DNA of 60,316 nt from a virus (taxonomy: Duplodnaviria; Caudoviricetes). The stretch covers positions 1-60,316 of IMG/VR virus record IMGVR_UViG_3300047551_002696; one strand, written 5' to 3'. Each line of letters starts with the position of its first letter. Positions within the stretch are counted from its first letter, which is position 1. Below are positions 37,701 to 46,063 of the stretch, piece after piece. Both the position numbers and the translations under genes were made by a program. The notes beneath the pieces are model-generated. The model was not told the DNA's origin and ran no database searches. It saw only the letters and a list, made by a program, of their open reading frames with translations.

Positions 37701-39183
37701 TTCTCATCCAACTGCATGTAATTCGCCAGTATATTCGAATACTATTCAATTTGATGTTGTTTCCTCTATTAATCGTGCAGTTGTTGAAGTTGAATATTAT
37801 CAACCCAATTCAACAATTGCTGTTTTAAAAGAATTCGATTTAAAAAATATTAATTATACCGTTACATCAGACATAATAGATTCTGATACTATTTGTTTTT
37901 ACGCAAAGGACAGAGATTTGTACGTTGAGATGGATATGTACGCAGCTAAGGGATCTGATTCTGGCAAATATGTTGGTGGGGAAGGTGGATACTCAAAGAT
38001 AAGATTTACTATGAAAAAAAATGAAGAGTTCATTCTTAAGGGGATAAAAACAAAAACTGCACTTTATCTTTATAGAAAGGGTCAATTAATTGCTTGTGTG
38101 GGACAAGGTGGTAGTTCTGGTAGTGGTGGTAATGGTGGACGAGGTGGTGGAGTTGGAGTTTCCGGTGAAAATGGATTTGGAAAATTGCCAGGAAATGGTG
38201 GCGTTAGTATTTCTTCAGGACAACTTTCTGGTAATGGAATTTTTGGATCATCTTCAACGGCAACACTAATATACCCAGAAGATTCAAAAGCTTCTATTAG
38301 AAATGGTGGAAGAACTATTTCTTGCACTAAAGGTGTATATTGGAGGCAACAAGGAAAAGCGTCTTGTCAGGATCTTGGAAATGTTAAATTCAAATTATCT
38401 GATGGAACTGAAGTTACAAACAGTGCATCCATTCAACGTGGATTTAAGGATGGTTATGGAATAAATCAAACTGCTGGAAAAGGAGATTTTTATGGTGGAA
38501 ACGGTGGAAATGGCGCTACTGGTGGTTCTGGTGGTTCTGATGGTTCTGGTGGTGGCGGTGGATCAGGATATACTGATACATCTGTTACTGTAATTAATTC
38601 TACACTTGGTGGTAATAATTCATCACTAACTAAGGTAGTTTTAAAATTATACGAAGTTCTTCAGGATTTTTATATTGATGATAAAGGAAGAATTTTAGTT
38701 TTATCAGTAGCAACTCCCGGAAAAGATCCTAGAACTCTCACTAAAACAACAGGAAGAGTTCTTCCAGGGACAGATAGTTGTATTGATGATATCAGATGGC
38801 AGAGATTCCTCGATCTTGCTTTAACACAAGATTATCGTTTGACTGCTACCATTGATGGTGGAAAAGCTTCTACAAAAGCTCTTCCATTTAATATTAGAAG
38901 AATGATTAATGCGAATAGTATTCCCTTGAAGAGGAGCCTAACGGACTGGGAAAATACAAATTATGGATATCTTCTTTTAGCTTTAGCGTGGGATGAAACT
39001 AATATTGGTGGTGCTAGAGGGTATGGTGGTGATTATTCTATTTTATCATATGCTCCTGGATCCTATTATTTTGGATACTATGGAGAATCTAGCAATGCAT
39101 TTTTTGATGAAAGTCGGGGTATATATGGATATACTACAGCAAATTATTGGATACTACCACCAGGAGTTCCAGATTTCCCATAG
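34741..39183 (+). CDS. large receptor-binding protein with Ig-like segments, Gly-rich domains and two LamG/ConA-like domains
   Basis: ISYRW/VSYQWQ Ig-like strands; GDFTVETW...WHHIAVTR...LFIDG and GDFTIELW...WYHLALSR...FFVNG...QDLRIYKGVAKYT are LamG3-type; poly-G loops. Confidence 0.75.
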   Translation: MPSFINKQTTLDLNGPVLSFTTHPSSVSACTSGIVTFVGIATATFPSQDPPNPATGTGYISYRWHWEGYGELSDGDLQGTTIVGSATTTLTLSGISSTVLFNNSKFFLRADYIPSAYVVSGSDVTAGTARSTGNAVNDPKDSDVATLNVFPDIEIKTQPGMAVSTTPLTQYASLRITDNLGNSSIVDTFQLSSYSNFISGREYTIVSNIDLRAKIYAVGGGGGTSTSFGRIVVGGSGGAAQGEVNILANKDYKIIVGGGSNSGTAGYGGGGNGNGGGGGGGYTGLFISSISQENAILIAGGGGGGANDPATGGDGGDLIGKNAGNAPGRGGTGGTQTAGGSGYGPGSALQGGSGAGGGGGGYFGGAGGTPFSGCCADGAGGGGSGYLHPYLVTEGSFSSSGSAGGGSPEKNGSFKIEFLETIIQSSADKIAAQGSTAYFHVEASTSDITQGDVSYQWQLNEVDLVDGINTLSIPKNNNEYTSDALLRIPLWDKNSGSLVLEDLTNFANTVTASNLSWVSGTGKFYNGYANFSSNSFIDLRPLSDFNFGYGDFTVETWVYFTQTGYNDIFSTGTYGQNQFSIRKNKDSQLVDSPGSEQLEVYYGSTIIASGGQFNLNTWHHIAVTRQAPFTANNGRGESRIRLFIDGIQVASAVFDGNIRATDVKIGRTPGNTYNMVGRMQDFQVYASARYTSNFIPSNIALVDKRLVLSLPLWDNGTGTLNLTDLSNNPKSITPGSTWGRSPSWIKNVGKFYGGSAFFDGYSYLNLPISNDFDFGTGDFTIELWFNPQKGLRTDSGSFGGVGGWEVLVNAGGGVYFQENNRGGGTWFALSRSTPLNDSSAATFYLADHASYTSIGQTTLEVNKWYHLALSRNSSDVKFFVNGRLVQSTPISNWSNQKFGGLNVGYIGVEHWGGYHERGYYFPFCYMQDLRIYKGVAKYTNPFTPDETSMVTGFSETVTVETEVSGSQTPDLSISLPNVSKNLVRAKISHPTACNSPVYSNTIQFDVVSSINRAVVEVEYYQPNSTIAVLKEFDLKNINYTVTSDIIDSDTICFYAKDRDLYVEMDMYAAKGSDSGKYVGGEGGYSKIRFTMKKNEEFILKGIKTKTALYLYRKGQLIACVGQGGSSGSGGNGGRGGGVGVSGENGFGKLPGNGGVSISSGQLSGNGIFGSSSTATLIYPEDSKASIRNGGRTISCTKGVYWRQQGKASCQDLGNVKFKLSDGTEVTNSASIQRGFKDGYGINQTAGKGDFYGGNGGNGATGGSGGSDGSGGGGGSGYTDTSVTVINSTLGGNNSSLTKVVLKLYEVLQDFYIDDKGRILVLSVATPGKDPRTLTKTTGRVLPGTDSCIDDIRWQRFLDLALTQDYRLTATIDGGKASTKALPFNIRRMINANSIPLKRSLTDWENTNYGYLLLALAWDETNIGGARGYGGDYSILSYAPGSYYFGYYGESSNAFFDESRGIYGYTTANYWILPPGVPDFP

Positions 39184-39185
39184 AC

Positions 39186-39193
39186 TATAAATA
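39186..39193 (+). promoter_or_regulatory. T4-type late promoter TATAAATA
   Basis: Exact consensus upstream of fibre gene 39224. Confidence 0.75.
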
Positions 39194-39223
39194 GTAAAAA
39201 GTAGGGGTGGAGAGTGAAACCCA

Positions 39224-41146
39224 ATGTCCATCAATAAGAACTTTGTAGTAAAGAACGGGTTTGAAGTTAATACCGATCTTGTACTAGCAGACGCATCAAC
39301 AAAGCGAGTTGGTATTGCAACTACACAACCAAGACATACTCTTGATGTTGCTGGTGGAATTGGAGTTACGAATCTTTATACATCTGGCATTGCTACCTTT
39401 GCAAATCAATTTTATGTAAGAAGCAATTCAAACACTGTTCTATCTGCTTTGGGTGTTGGTGGTTCTGTTGGTATCGGAACTGCTCTTCCAGCATATTTGT
39501 TGGATATTCGTTCTCCAGTTTCAACAGGTCAAACAGCACTTTATGTTAAAGGCGATGTTAGATTGACTGGTGATTTATTGGTTGATGACCTTACTATTGA
39601 TATTGGTAATTTTAATAACTTAACTATTGATGATACACTATATGTAACTGGAATCACCACTCTTAGAAATAATGTAAATGTTGGTGGCGTTACAACAACA
39701 AGACATCTTCAGGTTATTGGTGTTTCTACAGTAGCATCTTTATTTGCTTCTGGTATTACTACTATTACTAACAATCTTAATGTTGCTGGTGTAACTACAT
39801 CACAACATTTGAGAGTCACGGGAGTTTCTACAGTAGCATCTTTATTTGCTTCTGGTATTACTACTATTACTAATAATCTTAATGTTGCTGGTGTAACTAC
39901 ATCACAGCATTTGCAAGTCATTGGTGTTTCTACAGTAGCATCTTTATTTGCTTCTGGTATTACTACTATTACTAACAATCTTAATGTTGCTGGTGTAACT
40001 ACATCACAACATTTAAGGGTCACCGGTGTTTCTACCATTGGCACTGGAGTTACAATTACTTCAGGTGGTAACATTAATGCAATTTCTGGTGTTATTACTG
40101 CAACTTCTTTTGTTGGATCTGGTGCAAGTTTAACTGGTAATGCAAGAAATTTAACTGCAACTATTGGTGTTGGGACAACTGGTGGTGTTGTTGGGTATGC
40201 AGTTTCATTTATTAATTTTATTGGACCATCAATATCTACCGCATATTATAACAGTAATGCTGGTATTGCAACGATCTTCTTTATTGGAGAAAGAGGCAAT
40301 GTTAGTATGTCTGTTACTAGCGTTGCTCCAAGTGTAGGTGTTCAAGCCGGCGATCTTTGGTTCAATATTGATGATGGACGCACTTACCTATATTATGATG
40401 AAGCATTAGTTGGGGCAGGTGCAGATGCATATTGGGTTGATGCGTCTCCATTTAATGTTGGCATTCTAACAGAAGTTTCCTTGTCATTTGTTCCTGGAAG
40501 TGCAGCAAGTCCAAGTTGGTATTTTGATAACAGCGCAACAACTGGAGTATTCTCTCCAACAGCAGGTCAAATTACTTTTGTTTCTGCTGGATCTTCAGTT
40601 CTTAATATCAATTCTGGTGTTTCTACGTTTAATTCAAATTTAGTTGTTGCTGGGGTAACAACTTCAAGACATCTTCAGATTGTTGGATTTACTACAATTG
40701 TTAATGAAAGTGTAACTGGAGTTTCTACAATTGCAACTCTTGCGGTTTCTGGTGTTACAACTACACAGCATCTTCAAGTTACTGGAGTTACAACAGCGGT
40801 TAACGTAAGTGCGTCTGGCATTACTACATCAGCAACTCTTGTAGTTTCTGGTGTTGCAACAGCACAACATCTTCGGATTATTGGAGTCACAACCGTATCC
40901 AATATTGCTATTTCTGGTATTGCTACTGTTGGGTCTTCTGTAACAATAAATGCATCTGGTATTAATGCACCAACAGGTATTATTACTGCAACTGAATTTG
41001 ATGTTTCTGGATCTACTAATACATTTAATTCTTCTGGTGTAAATATTACTGGCATTATTACAGCATCTTCTGATATTAAAATTGGAACGAAATCGGTTTC
41101 TACTGTGGGTAGATCTGTTGCAATGTCAATTATTTTTGGTGCATAA
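39224..41146 (+). CDS. tail fibre protein with 34-aa beta repeats
   Basis: MSINKNFVVKNG start, VGIAT/VGIGT motifs, GVTT.QHL repeats, GDLWFN..GRTYLYY domain, C-terminal AMSIIFGA. Confidence 0.75.
   Translation: MSINKNFVVKNGFEVNTDLVLADASTKRVGIATTQPRHTLDVAGGIGVTNLYTSGIATFANQFYVRSNSNTVLSALGVGGSVGIGTALPAYLLDIRSPVSTGQTALYVKGDVRLTGDLLVDDLTIDIGNFNNLTIDDTLYVTGITTLRNNVNVGGVTTTRHLQVIGVSTVASLFASGITTITNNLNVAGVTTSQHLRVTGVSTVASLFASGITTITNNLNVAGVTTSQHLQVIGVSTVASLFASGITTITNNLNVAGVTTSQHLRVTGVSTIGTGVTITSGGNINAISGVITATSFVGSGASLTGNARNLTATIGVGTTGGVVGYAVSFINFIGPSISTAYYNSNAGIATIFFIGERGNVSMSVTSVAPSVGVQAGDLWFNIDDGRTYLYYDEALVGAGADAYWVDASPFNVGILTEVSLSFVPGSAASPSWYFDNSATTGVFSPTAGQITFVSAGSSVLNINSGVSTFNSNLVVAGVTTSRHLQIVGFTTIVNESVTGVSTIATLAVSGVTTTQHLQVTGVTTAVNVSASGITTSATLVVSGVATAQHLRIIGVTTVSNIAISGIATVGSSVTINASGINAPTGIITATEFDVSGSTNTFNSSGVNITGIITASSDIKIGTKSVSTVGRSVAMSIIFGA
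39700..40036 (+). repeat. 102-bp tandem repeat, about 3.3 copies
   Basis: GTTTCTAC recurs at 39722, 39824, 39926, 40028; unit GVSTVASLFASGITTITNNLNVAGVTTSQHL.V. Confidence 0.9.
40745..40797 (+). repeat. 53-bp exact direct repeat, copy 1 (copy 2 at 45210-45262)
   Basis: GTTTCTGGTGTTACAACTACACAGCATCTTCAAGTTACTGGAGTTACAACAGC is identical in both fibre genes. Confidence 0.9.
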
Positions 41147-41151
41147 ATCTT

Positions 41152-41159
41152 TATAAATA
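41152..41159 (+). promoter_or_regulatory. T4-type late promoter TATAAATA
   Basis: Exact consensus before 41182, followed by a GAGG RBS. Confidence 0.75.
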
Positions 41160-41181
41160 TTACAAAGAGGTATTGTAAGAA

Positions 41182-41556
41182 ATGGCTGCTCCAAATATTG
41201 TTAATGTTTCAACTATTACAGGTGTTACAACATTTGTAAGTGGAATCAGTACTTTAACTCCTACTATAATTATTTCTAATGCTGCTGCTAGTAATAGTGT
41301 ATTAAAACTTAACACCGTAATGGCAGCAAACAGAACAGCATCCACTGCAATTATTACTCTTAAGATTTTTGATGGAGCGGCTGGAGCTGGATCATCAGTT
41401 TCAATTGGATCTTCAATTTCAGTTCCATCTGGATCAACATTAATACTTATTGGAAAAGATAGTCCAATTTACATAGAAGAAAATCGTTCTATTGGAATTA
41501 TTGGCATAACAACTTCAGCATTTGACGTTACTGCTTCATATGAAGCTATTAGTTGA
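41182..41556 (+). CDS. small all-beta fibre-associated protein (putative adaptor), copy 1
   Basis: 124 aa, MAAPNIVNV...ISVP..STL....PIY.EE...SYE.I; similar size and pattern to 45660 and 56673. Confidence 0.6.
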   Translation: MAAPNIVNVSTITGVTTFVSGISTLTPTIIISNAAASNSVLKLNTVMAANRTASTAIITLKIFDGAAGAGSSVSIGSSISVPSGSTLILIGKDSPIYIEENRSIGIIGITTSAFDVTASYEAIS

Positions 41557-41574
41557 AAATAGCGGGATAAAAAA

Positions 41575-42510
41575 ATGACAAAACATATAGGTAATCGTGT
41601 TGGGTACGCAGTTAGTTTTTATTCTGCAGGTGGTGTCTTTAATTTGTTTTCCCAAAACTATTTTGCCACCCTATCTACTCTTACTGCTACTGGTGGGACT
41701 TTGCTTACTCCTGGGAACGGACAAGCATATCATGTTTTCACGTCACCTGGAACTTTTGATGTAATATCTGGAAGTACAGGTGCTGATTATCTTGTTGTTG
41801 GTGGTGGAGGAGCTGGTGGAATTTTTCCAAGTGGTAACAGCAGTGGTGGTGGAGGATCTGGTGGATTTAGAACAGGTTCAATATCAATAGTTCCTGGACC
41901 ATATTCAGTTACGATTGGTGCTGGTGGATTATCCAACTCAGCCAGTGGAAATACATCAACTTTTCATACAATAACCTCGGCTGGAGGTGGAGGAGGATCT
42001 CCAACGTATACTAGTGCAGGAAATCCGGGAGGTTCTGGAGGCGGTGGTGGTGGTGCTGGTAATTATGCTGGAGGAACAGGAAACACTCCACCGGTAACAC
42101 CACCACAAGGAAATCCCGGAGGAGCTGGAAATCCAGCCGGCGGAAATAGTGGAAATTCTGGTGGAGGGGGTGGAGCTGGCGCAGCGGGATCTAATGGAGA
42201 TTTTCCAGGAAGTGGTCCAGGTGGTGTTGGACTGCCAGCATTTTCTGGAGATCCTGGTGTTCCTCCTGCTTATGGAACACCGGGACCAACAGCAGGTAGA
42301 TGGTTTGCAGGTGGCGGCGGTGGTGGTCATTATGGTGCAACTCCAACCACATATCCTCGTGGAGGTGCTGGAGGTGGAGGAGATGGCATACCCGGAGTAG
42401 GAGCTGTACCCAATGGTACTGCAAACACCGGTGGTGGAGGAGGAGGGGCTCAAGGTCCGACTGCAGGAACTGGGGGTTCAGGTATTGTTATTATTCGTTA
42501 TCCATTCTAA
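41575..42510 (+). CDS. glycine-rich adhesin-like tip protein 1
   Basis: ATGG..YHVFTSPGTF..YLVVGGGG.GG, poly-G segments, NTGGGGGG..GGSGIVIIRY; reminiscent of gp38-type polyglycine adhesins. Confidence 0.7.
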   Translation: MTKHIGNRVGYAVSFYSAGGVFNLFSQNYFATLSTLTATGGTLLTPGNGQAYHVFTSPGTFDVISGSTGADYLVVGGGGAGGIFPSGNSSGGGGSGGFRTGSISIVPGPYSVTIGAGGLSNSASGNTSTFHTITSAGGGGGSPTYTSAGNPGGSGGGGGGAGNYAGGTGNTPPVTPPQGNPGGAGNPAGGNSGNSGGGGGAGAAGSNGDFPGSGPGGVGLPAFSGDPGVPPAYGTPGPTAGRWFAGGGGGGHYGATPTTYPRGGAGGGGDGIPGVGAVPNGTANTGGGGGGAQGPTAGTGGSGIVIIRYPF

Positions 42511-42533
42511 AATATAATATAGGAAGACTGCAT

Positions 42534-42932
42534 ATGGCACATTACGCAAGAGTTAATAAAGACAGTGTAGTTATTTACGTAACTCCAATTCCAAATGAAA
42601 TGATCACTGATGTAAATGGAGTAGAACATGAAGAGTGGGCTTTTAAACACCTATATGAAACTATTCCAGATTCTTTAGGTGACAAATGGATTCAAACTTC
42701 ATATCATGGAAATTTTAGAGTTCGTGGTGCATCTCTTGGAATGATCTATAATAAAGAACTTGATGCGTTTATGTTCCCCAAACCTTATCCTTCATGGATT
42801 CTCAATCAAGAAACTGTGGATTGGGAATCTCCCATAGGTCCCGCACCAGAACTTACTCAAGAACAAATTAAGTCCAGAAGTTATTATGAATGGAATGAAG
42901 AAAATCAAGAGTGGGTTTTAAAAACTGCATAA
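42534..42932 (+). CDS. MAH(Y/F)A-family fibre-associated protein, copy 1
   Basis: MAHYARV...WIQTSY..NFR....G..Y..ELDAF..PKPYPSWIL....WESP; AGGA RBS before ATG 42534. Confidence 0.7.
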   Translation: MAHYARVNKDSVVIYVTPIPNEMITDVNGVEHEEWAFKHLYETIPDSLGDKWIQTSYHGNFRVRGASLGMIYNKELDAFMFPKPYPSWILNQETVDWESPIGPAPELTQEQIKSRSYYEWNEENQEWVLKTA

Positions 42933-42936
42933 ACAA

Positions 42937-42965
42937 TAGACAGTTTTTAGAAGATCATATATAAT
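42937..42965 (+). promoter_or_regulatory. sigma70-type promoter for the oxygenase trio
   Basis: TAGACA (42937-42942), 17 nt spacer, TATAAT (42960-42965). Confidence 0.65.
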
Positions 42966-42988
42966 GAAACTGAGTATATTATTCCCAT

Positions 42989-43609
42989 ATGGCATTTCAA
43001 TCAATTTGGTATTTTTCAGATCTACCAGAAGATGTGGTAGGTATTATTGAGCGAGACCTCACAGAAAAATTTGATCAACAAATGGCAGACTCCAGACTTC
43101 ATGGAGATGCACTAAACAAAGAAAAAAGAAACTCACAAAATGCCTGGATTCCCACTACACATTGGGTAGGTGGATTTGTTTGGCATTACATTGAAAGAGC
43201 AAATAGAGAAAACTTCCTTTATGATCTTCGTTGTATTGACGGAGAATCAATGCAGTTCACAAAATATAGTGAAGGTCAATTCTATGGTTGGCACAACGAT
43301 GCTGGACTTGCAACACAATATAAACCAGTAAGTGTTGGCAATCGTCAAGATGGTCTTGCCCAAGATTTTCTCAATGAAAAAATTGAGATGGTAAGAAAGC
43401 TTTCTTTTGTGGTTCAGCTCTCTGACCCCGATGACTATGAAGGTGGCAATCTTCAATTACTTGATGAAGCAGGTAAATCATATTTTGCCCCAAGAAAGCG
43501 AGGTACAGTTATTCTTTTTGATTCCCGAACACAACACAGAGTTCTTAAAGTAACCAAAGGAGTTCGTAAGAGTCTTGTTGGTTGGACGGTTGGACCTCGT
43601 TGGAAGTGA
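42989..43609 (+). CDS. 2OG-Fe(II) oxygenase (PKHD/prolyl-hydroxylase-like)
   Basis: QFTKY..GQFYGWHND, RKLSFVVQLSDPDDYEGG, FDSR..HRV.KVTKG.RKSLVGW..GP.WK. Confidence 0.9.
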   Translation: MAFQSIWYFSDLPEDVVGIIERDLTEKFDQQMADSRLHGDALNKEKRNSQNAWIPTTHWVGGFVWHYIERANRENFLYDLRCIDGESMQFTKYSEGQFYGWHNDAGLATQYKPVSVGNRQDGLAQDFLNEKIEMVRKLSFVVQLSDPDDYEGGNLQLLDEAGKSYFAPRKRGTVILFDSRTQHRVLKVTKGVRKSLVGWTVGPRWK

Positions 43610-43624
43610 TGGAGGTATAGTAAA

Positions 43625-44395
43625 ATGAATGTAGGATGTGATTTTAATCCAAATAGACCAGTTGGTGCTACCAAAGAAATGGTAGAATCTAGACCAATTA
43701 TGGAACAATTTAATAAGTATCATCAGCAAGGTCTTCAATGTTCAATTGATCCTGGTGCTCCTGCTGTTCCTCAAGGAGCAAGAGAGTATTTTGATAAACA
43801 TGGATATATGATTATTAAAAATCTATACGATCCAAAAGAATTATTTCATGAGGTTCCTAAAGAAAGGGGACAAATTAATTATTATGGATCTTTAGATATA
43901 TTCAACCATAATCCAGATGAAACGCAAGTTCCAGGATCTCTTGCACGTTATACTCACCCACAGTACAAACAAGCACACACAAAGATTCGTCTGATTCTTG
44001 AAGATATTCTTGGGGAAAAACTTTATAATACTTATTATTACGATCGTTTTTACTTTGCTGGACAAAGACTAGTAAGGCATTCTGATCGTGATGCTTGTGA
44101 GATTTCCGTGAGTGTTCAGATCAGTACTAATGCAGTCAATCCTTGGCCTTTCTGTATTGAAACTCCAAGTGGTGAAGAGCGTTTTGCAAATCTTCAAGAT
44201 GGATGGGGACTTCTTTATAAGGGATGTGAAAGAGATCATTGGAGAGATCCCTTAGAATCTAGATATAATAAATTTGGTAAATTCTTAAATAAAGTTTTCA
44301 AAAAAACAGATGATACATATCATCATCAAATTTTCTTTCATTATGTAAGAGCAAATGGTCCAAGAGCACATTGTGCAAATGATGCTGCGCGATGA
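43625..44395 (+). CDS. 2OG-Fe(II) oxygenase
   Basis: RFY..GQ.L.RHSDR.ACEISVS, G.GLLYKG....HWRDP, HQIFFHYV. Confidence 0.85.
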   Translation: MNVGCDFNPNRPVGATKEMVESRPIMEQFNKYHQQGLQCSIDPGAPAVPQGAREYFDKHGYMIIKNLYDPKELFHEVPKERGQINYYGSLDIFNHNPDETQVPGSLARYTHPQYKQAHTKIRLILEDILGEKLYNTYYYDRFYFAGQRLVRHSDRDACEISVSVQISTNAVNPWPFCIETPSGEERFANLQDGWGLLYKGCERDHWRDPLESRYNKFGKFLNKVFKKTDDTYHHQIFFHYVRANGPRAHCANDAAR

Positions 44396-44940
44396 AAATA
44401 CCACTTTTTGAATATCCCACATATCAATACCAACTAACTGACTGGGACTTTAAAAAGAAAGCAATTTTGGGAAAAATTAAAGATAAAAATTTTATAAGAA
44501 CTCCACTCCAAACATTTGAAACTGATCGCCAAAAAGATAATTACTCATACATTCATTATATTCAGGACTTACTAAAACCCGAATTAAATGAATTTTGTCG
44601 AGAATCTAAAGTTACTTGTAGAATGACAGATGCTTGGTGTGTGAGATATTACAAAGGTGATCAACAAACAATTCATAATCATAGATCATGGGGATTTAGT
44701 GGAATTATATACTTGGAATATGACCCAGTAGTGCATAGTCCCACTTGTTTTGTTGCTCCTTGGCAAGATCCAAGAACAGATACAACATCTTTAGTTTTTC
44801 CTCAAAATGTTAAAGAGGGAACAATGTTATTATTCCCTAGCTATACTTTACACTTTGTTCATCCGAATCAAACAAAAAAAAGACGTTCTATATTGTCTTT
44901 CGACTTATTACCAGAACTTCCAGATCACCAGAAGGTATAA
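44392..44940 (+). CDS. putative 2OG-Fe(II) oxygenase (HxH type)
   Basis: AW...Y..GD....HNH...SGIIY, EG.MLLFPS...H.V.PN....R..LSF. Confidence 0.82.
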   Translation: MKIPLFEYPTYQYQLTDWDFKKKAILGKIKDKNFIRTPLQTFETDRQKDNYSYIHYIQDLLKPELNEFCRESKVTCRMTDAWCVRYYKGDQQTIHNHRSWGFSGIIYLEYDPVVHSPTCFVAPWQDPRTDTTSLVFPQNVKEGTMLLFPSYTLHFVHPNQTKKRRSILSFDLLPELPDHQKV

Positions 44941-44943
44941 ATA
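44936..44943 (+). promoter_or_regulatory. T4-type late promoter TATAAATA
   Basis: Consensus overlapping the oxygenase stop codon, upstream of fibre 44967. Confidence 0.7.
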
Positions 44944-44966
44944 TTCAAAAGAGTACGTAGAAAGAA

Positions 44967-45626
44967 GTGGCATTAAATTTTCCTAGTTCTCCAACGGTAG
45001 GGCAAGTATTCACTGATTCTACGTCTGGAAACACCTATCGATGGACTGGTACATATTGGAAAAGTTATTCAACTGTAAATCCAGCAACTGATTTTGATGT
45101 AGTAAACTTAAATGTATCTGGTGTTACCTCTACAAGAAATTTGAGAGTAACTGGAATTACTACTTTAGGTATTGCAACAGTTGGTATTATCACTGCTTTT
45201 GAAGTTGATGTTTCTGGTGTTACAACTACACAGCATCTTCAAGTTACTGGAGTTACAACAGCAGTTAATATTAGTGCCTCTGGTATTAGTACTATAGGCA
45301 CTCTTAATGTATCTGGAGTTACTACAACTCAGCATTTAAGAGTTACTGGAGTTACTACTGCGGTCAATATCAGTGCCTCCGGCATCAGTACTGTAGGCAC
45401 TCTTAATGTATCTGGAGTTACTACTTCTCAGCACTTGAGAATTACTGGAGTTACTACATTTTCAGATGGTGTGCAAATATCTGGAATAGCATCCGTTGGA
45501 ACTGCAATTACAATGTATCCATCAACAGGTATTATAAGTGCAACTAGATATTATGGAGATGGATCTAGTTTAACAGGTGTTATTGGAATTGGGTTCAATG
45601 AATTGGACGGTATGCTATTCCTTTGA
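44967..45626 (+). CDS. short tail fibre protein with 33-aa repeats
   Basis: GTG start; MALNFPSSPTVGQ...Y.W.G..W N-terminus, GVTT.QHL repeats, YYGDGS.LTG, C-terminal ELDGMLFL. Confidence 0.7.
   Translation: MALNFPSSPTVGQVFTDSTSGNTYRWTGTYWKSYSTVNPATDFDVVNLNVSGVTSTRNLRVTGITTLGIATVGIITAFEVDVSGVTTTQHLQVTGVTTAVNISASGISTIGTLNVSGVTTTQHLRVTGVTTAVNISASGISTVGTLNVSGVTTSQHLRITGVTTFSDGVQISGIASVGTAITMYPSTGIISATRYYGDGSSLTGVIGIGFNELDGMLFL
45210..45262 (+). repeat. 53-bp exact direct repeat, copy 2
   Basis: Identical to 40745-40797 and in the same codon phase. Confidence 0.9.
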
Positions 45627-45659
45627 TTACCTAAATAAATAAAAAAAAGCAGTAATAAA

Positions 45660-46061
45660 ATGGCACTCAGAAGAACTAAATTATTAAGTGTAACTGCAGT
45701 AACTGGGATTAGTACTGTGGGAATTTTCACCGTAGGAGTGACGAATACTGGTGGTCCAGTTGGTGTTGCGTCTACAACTTATATTAGAAGCGTGGTTCTT
45801 CATAATACTGGACTTGCTACAGCAAGAACTTCTCTGTATTTGTATCCAAATACATCTCCAGTAACTGGTTTGGGAGTTACCGCAAATAGAATTCTCAGAA
45901 TTGACTTGGCATCAAATGAAACAACTTTCTTTGAAACTAATTATCCAATTGTAATGACAAACAGAGATACTTTAGCGGTTGAAGTTACGGCTCCAGATAG
46001 TGGAGGTGTAGGTATTGGATCGGCAGTGAATATTCTTATTAACGGTGACACTGATATCTAA
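45660..46061 (+). CDS. small all-beta fibre-associated protein (putative adaptor), copy 2
   Basis: 133 aa, TYIRSVVLHNT..L..NET....YPIV....D.L; CTAAATA upstream. Confidence 0.6.
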   Translation: MALRRTKLLSVTAVTGISTVGIFTVGVTNTGGPVGVASTTYIRSVVLHNTGLATARTSLYLYPNTSPVTGLGVTANRILRIDLASNETTFFETNYPIVMTNRDTLAVEVTAPDSGGVGIGSAVNILINGDTDI

Positions 46062-46063
46062 CT

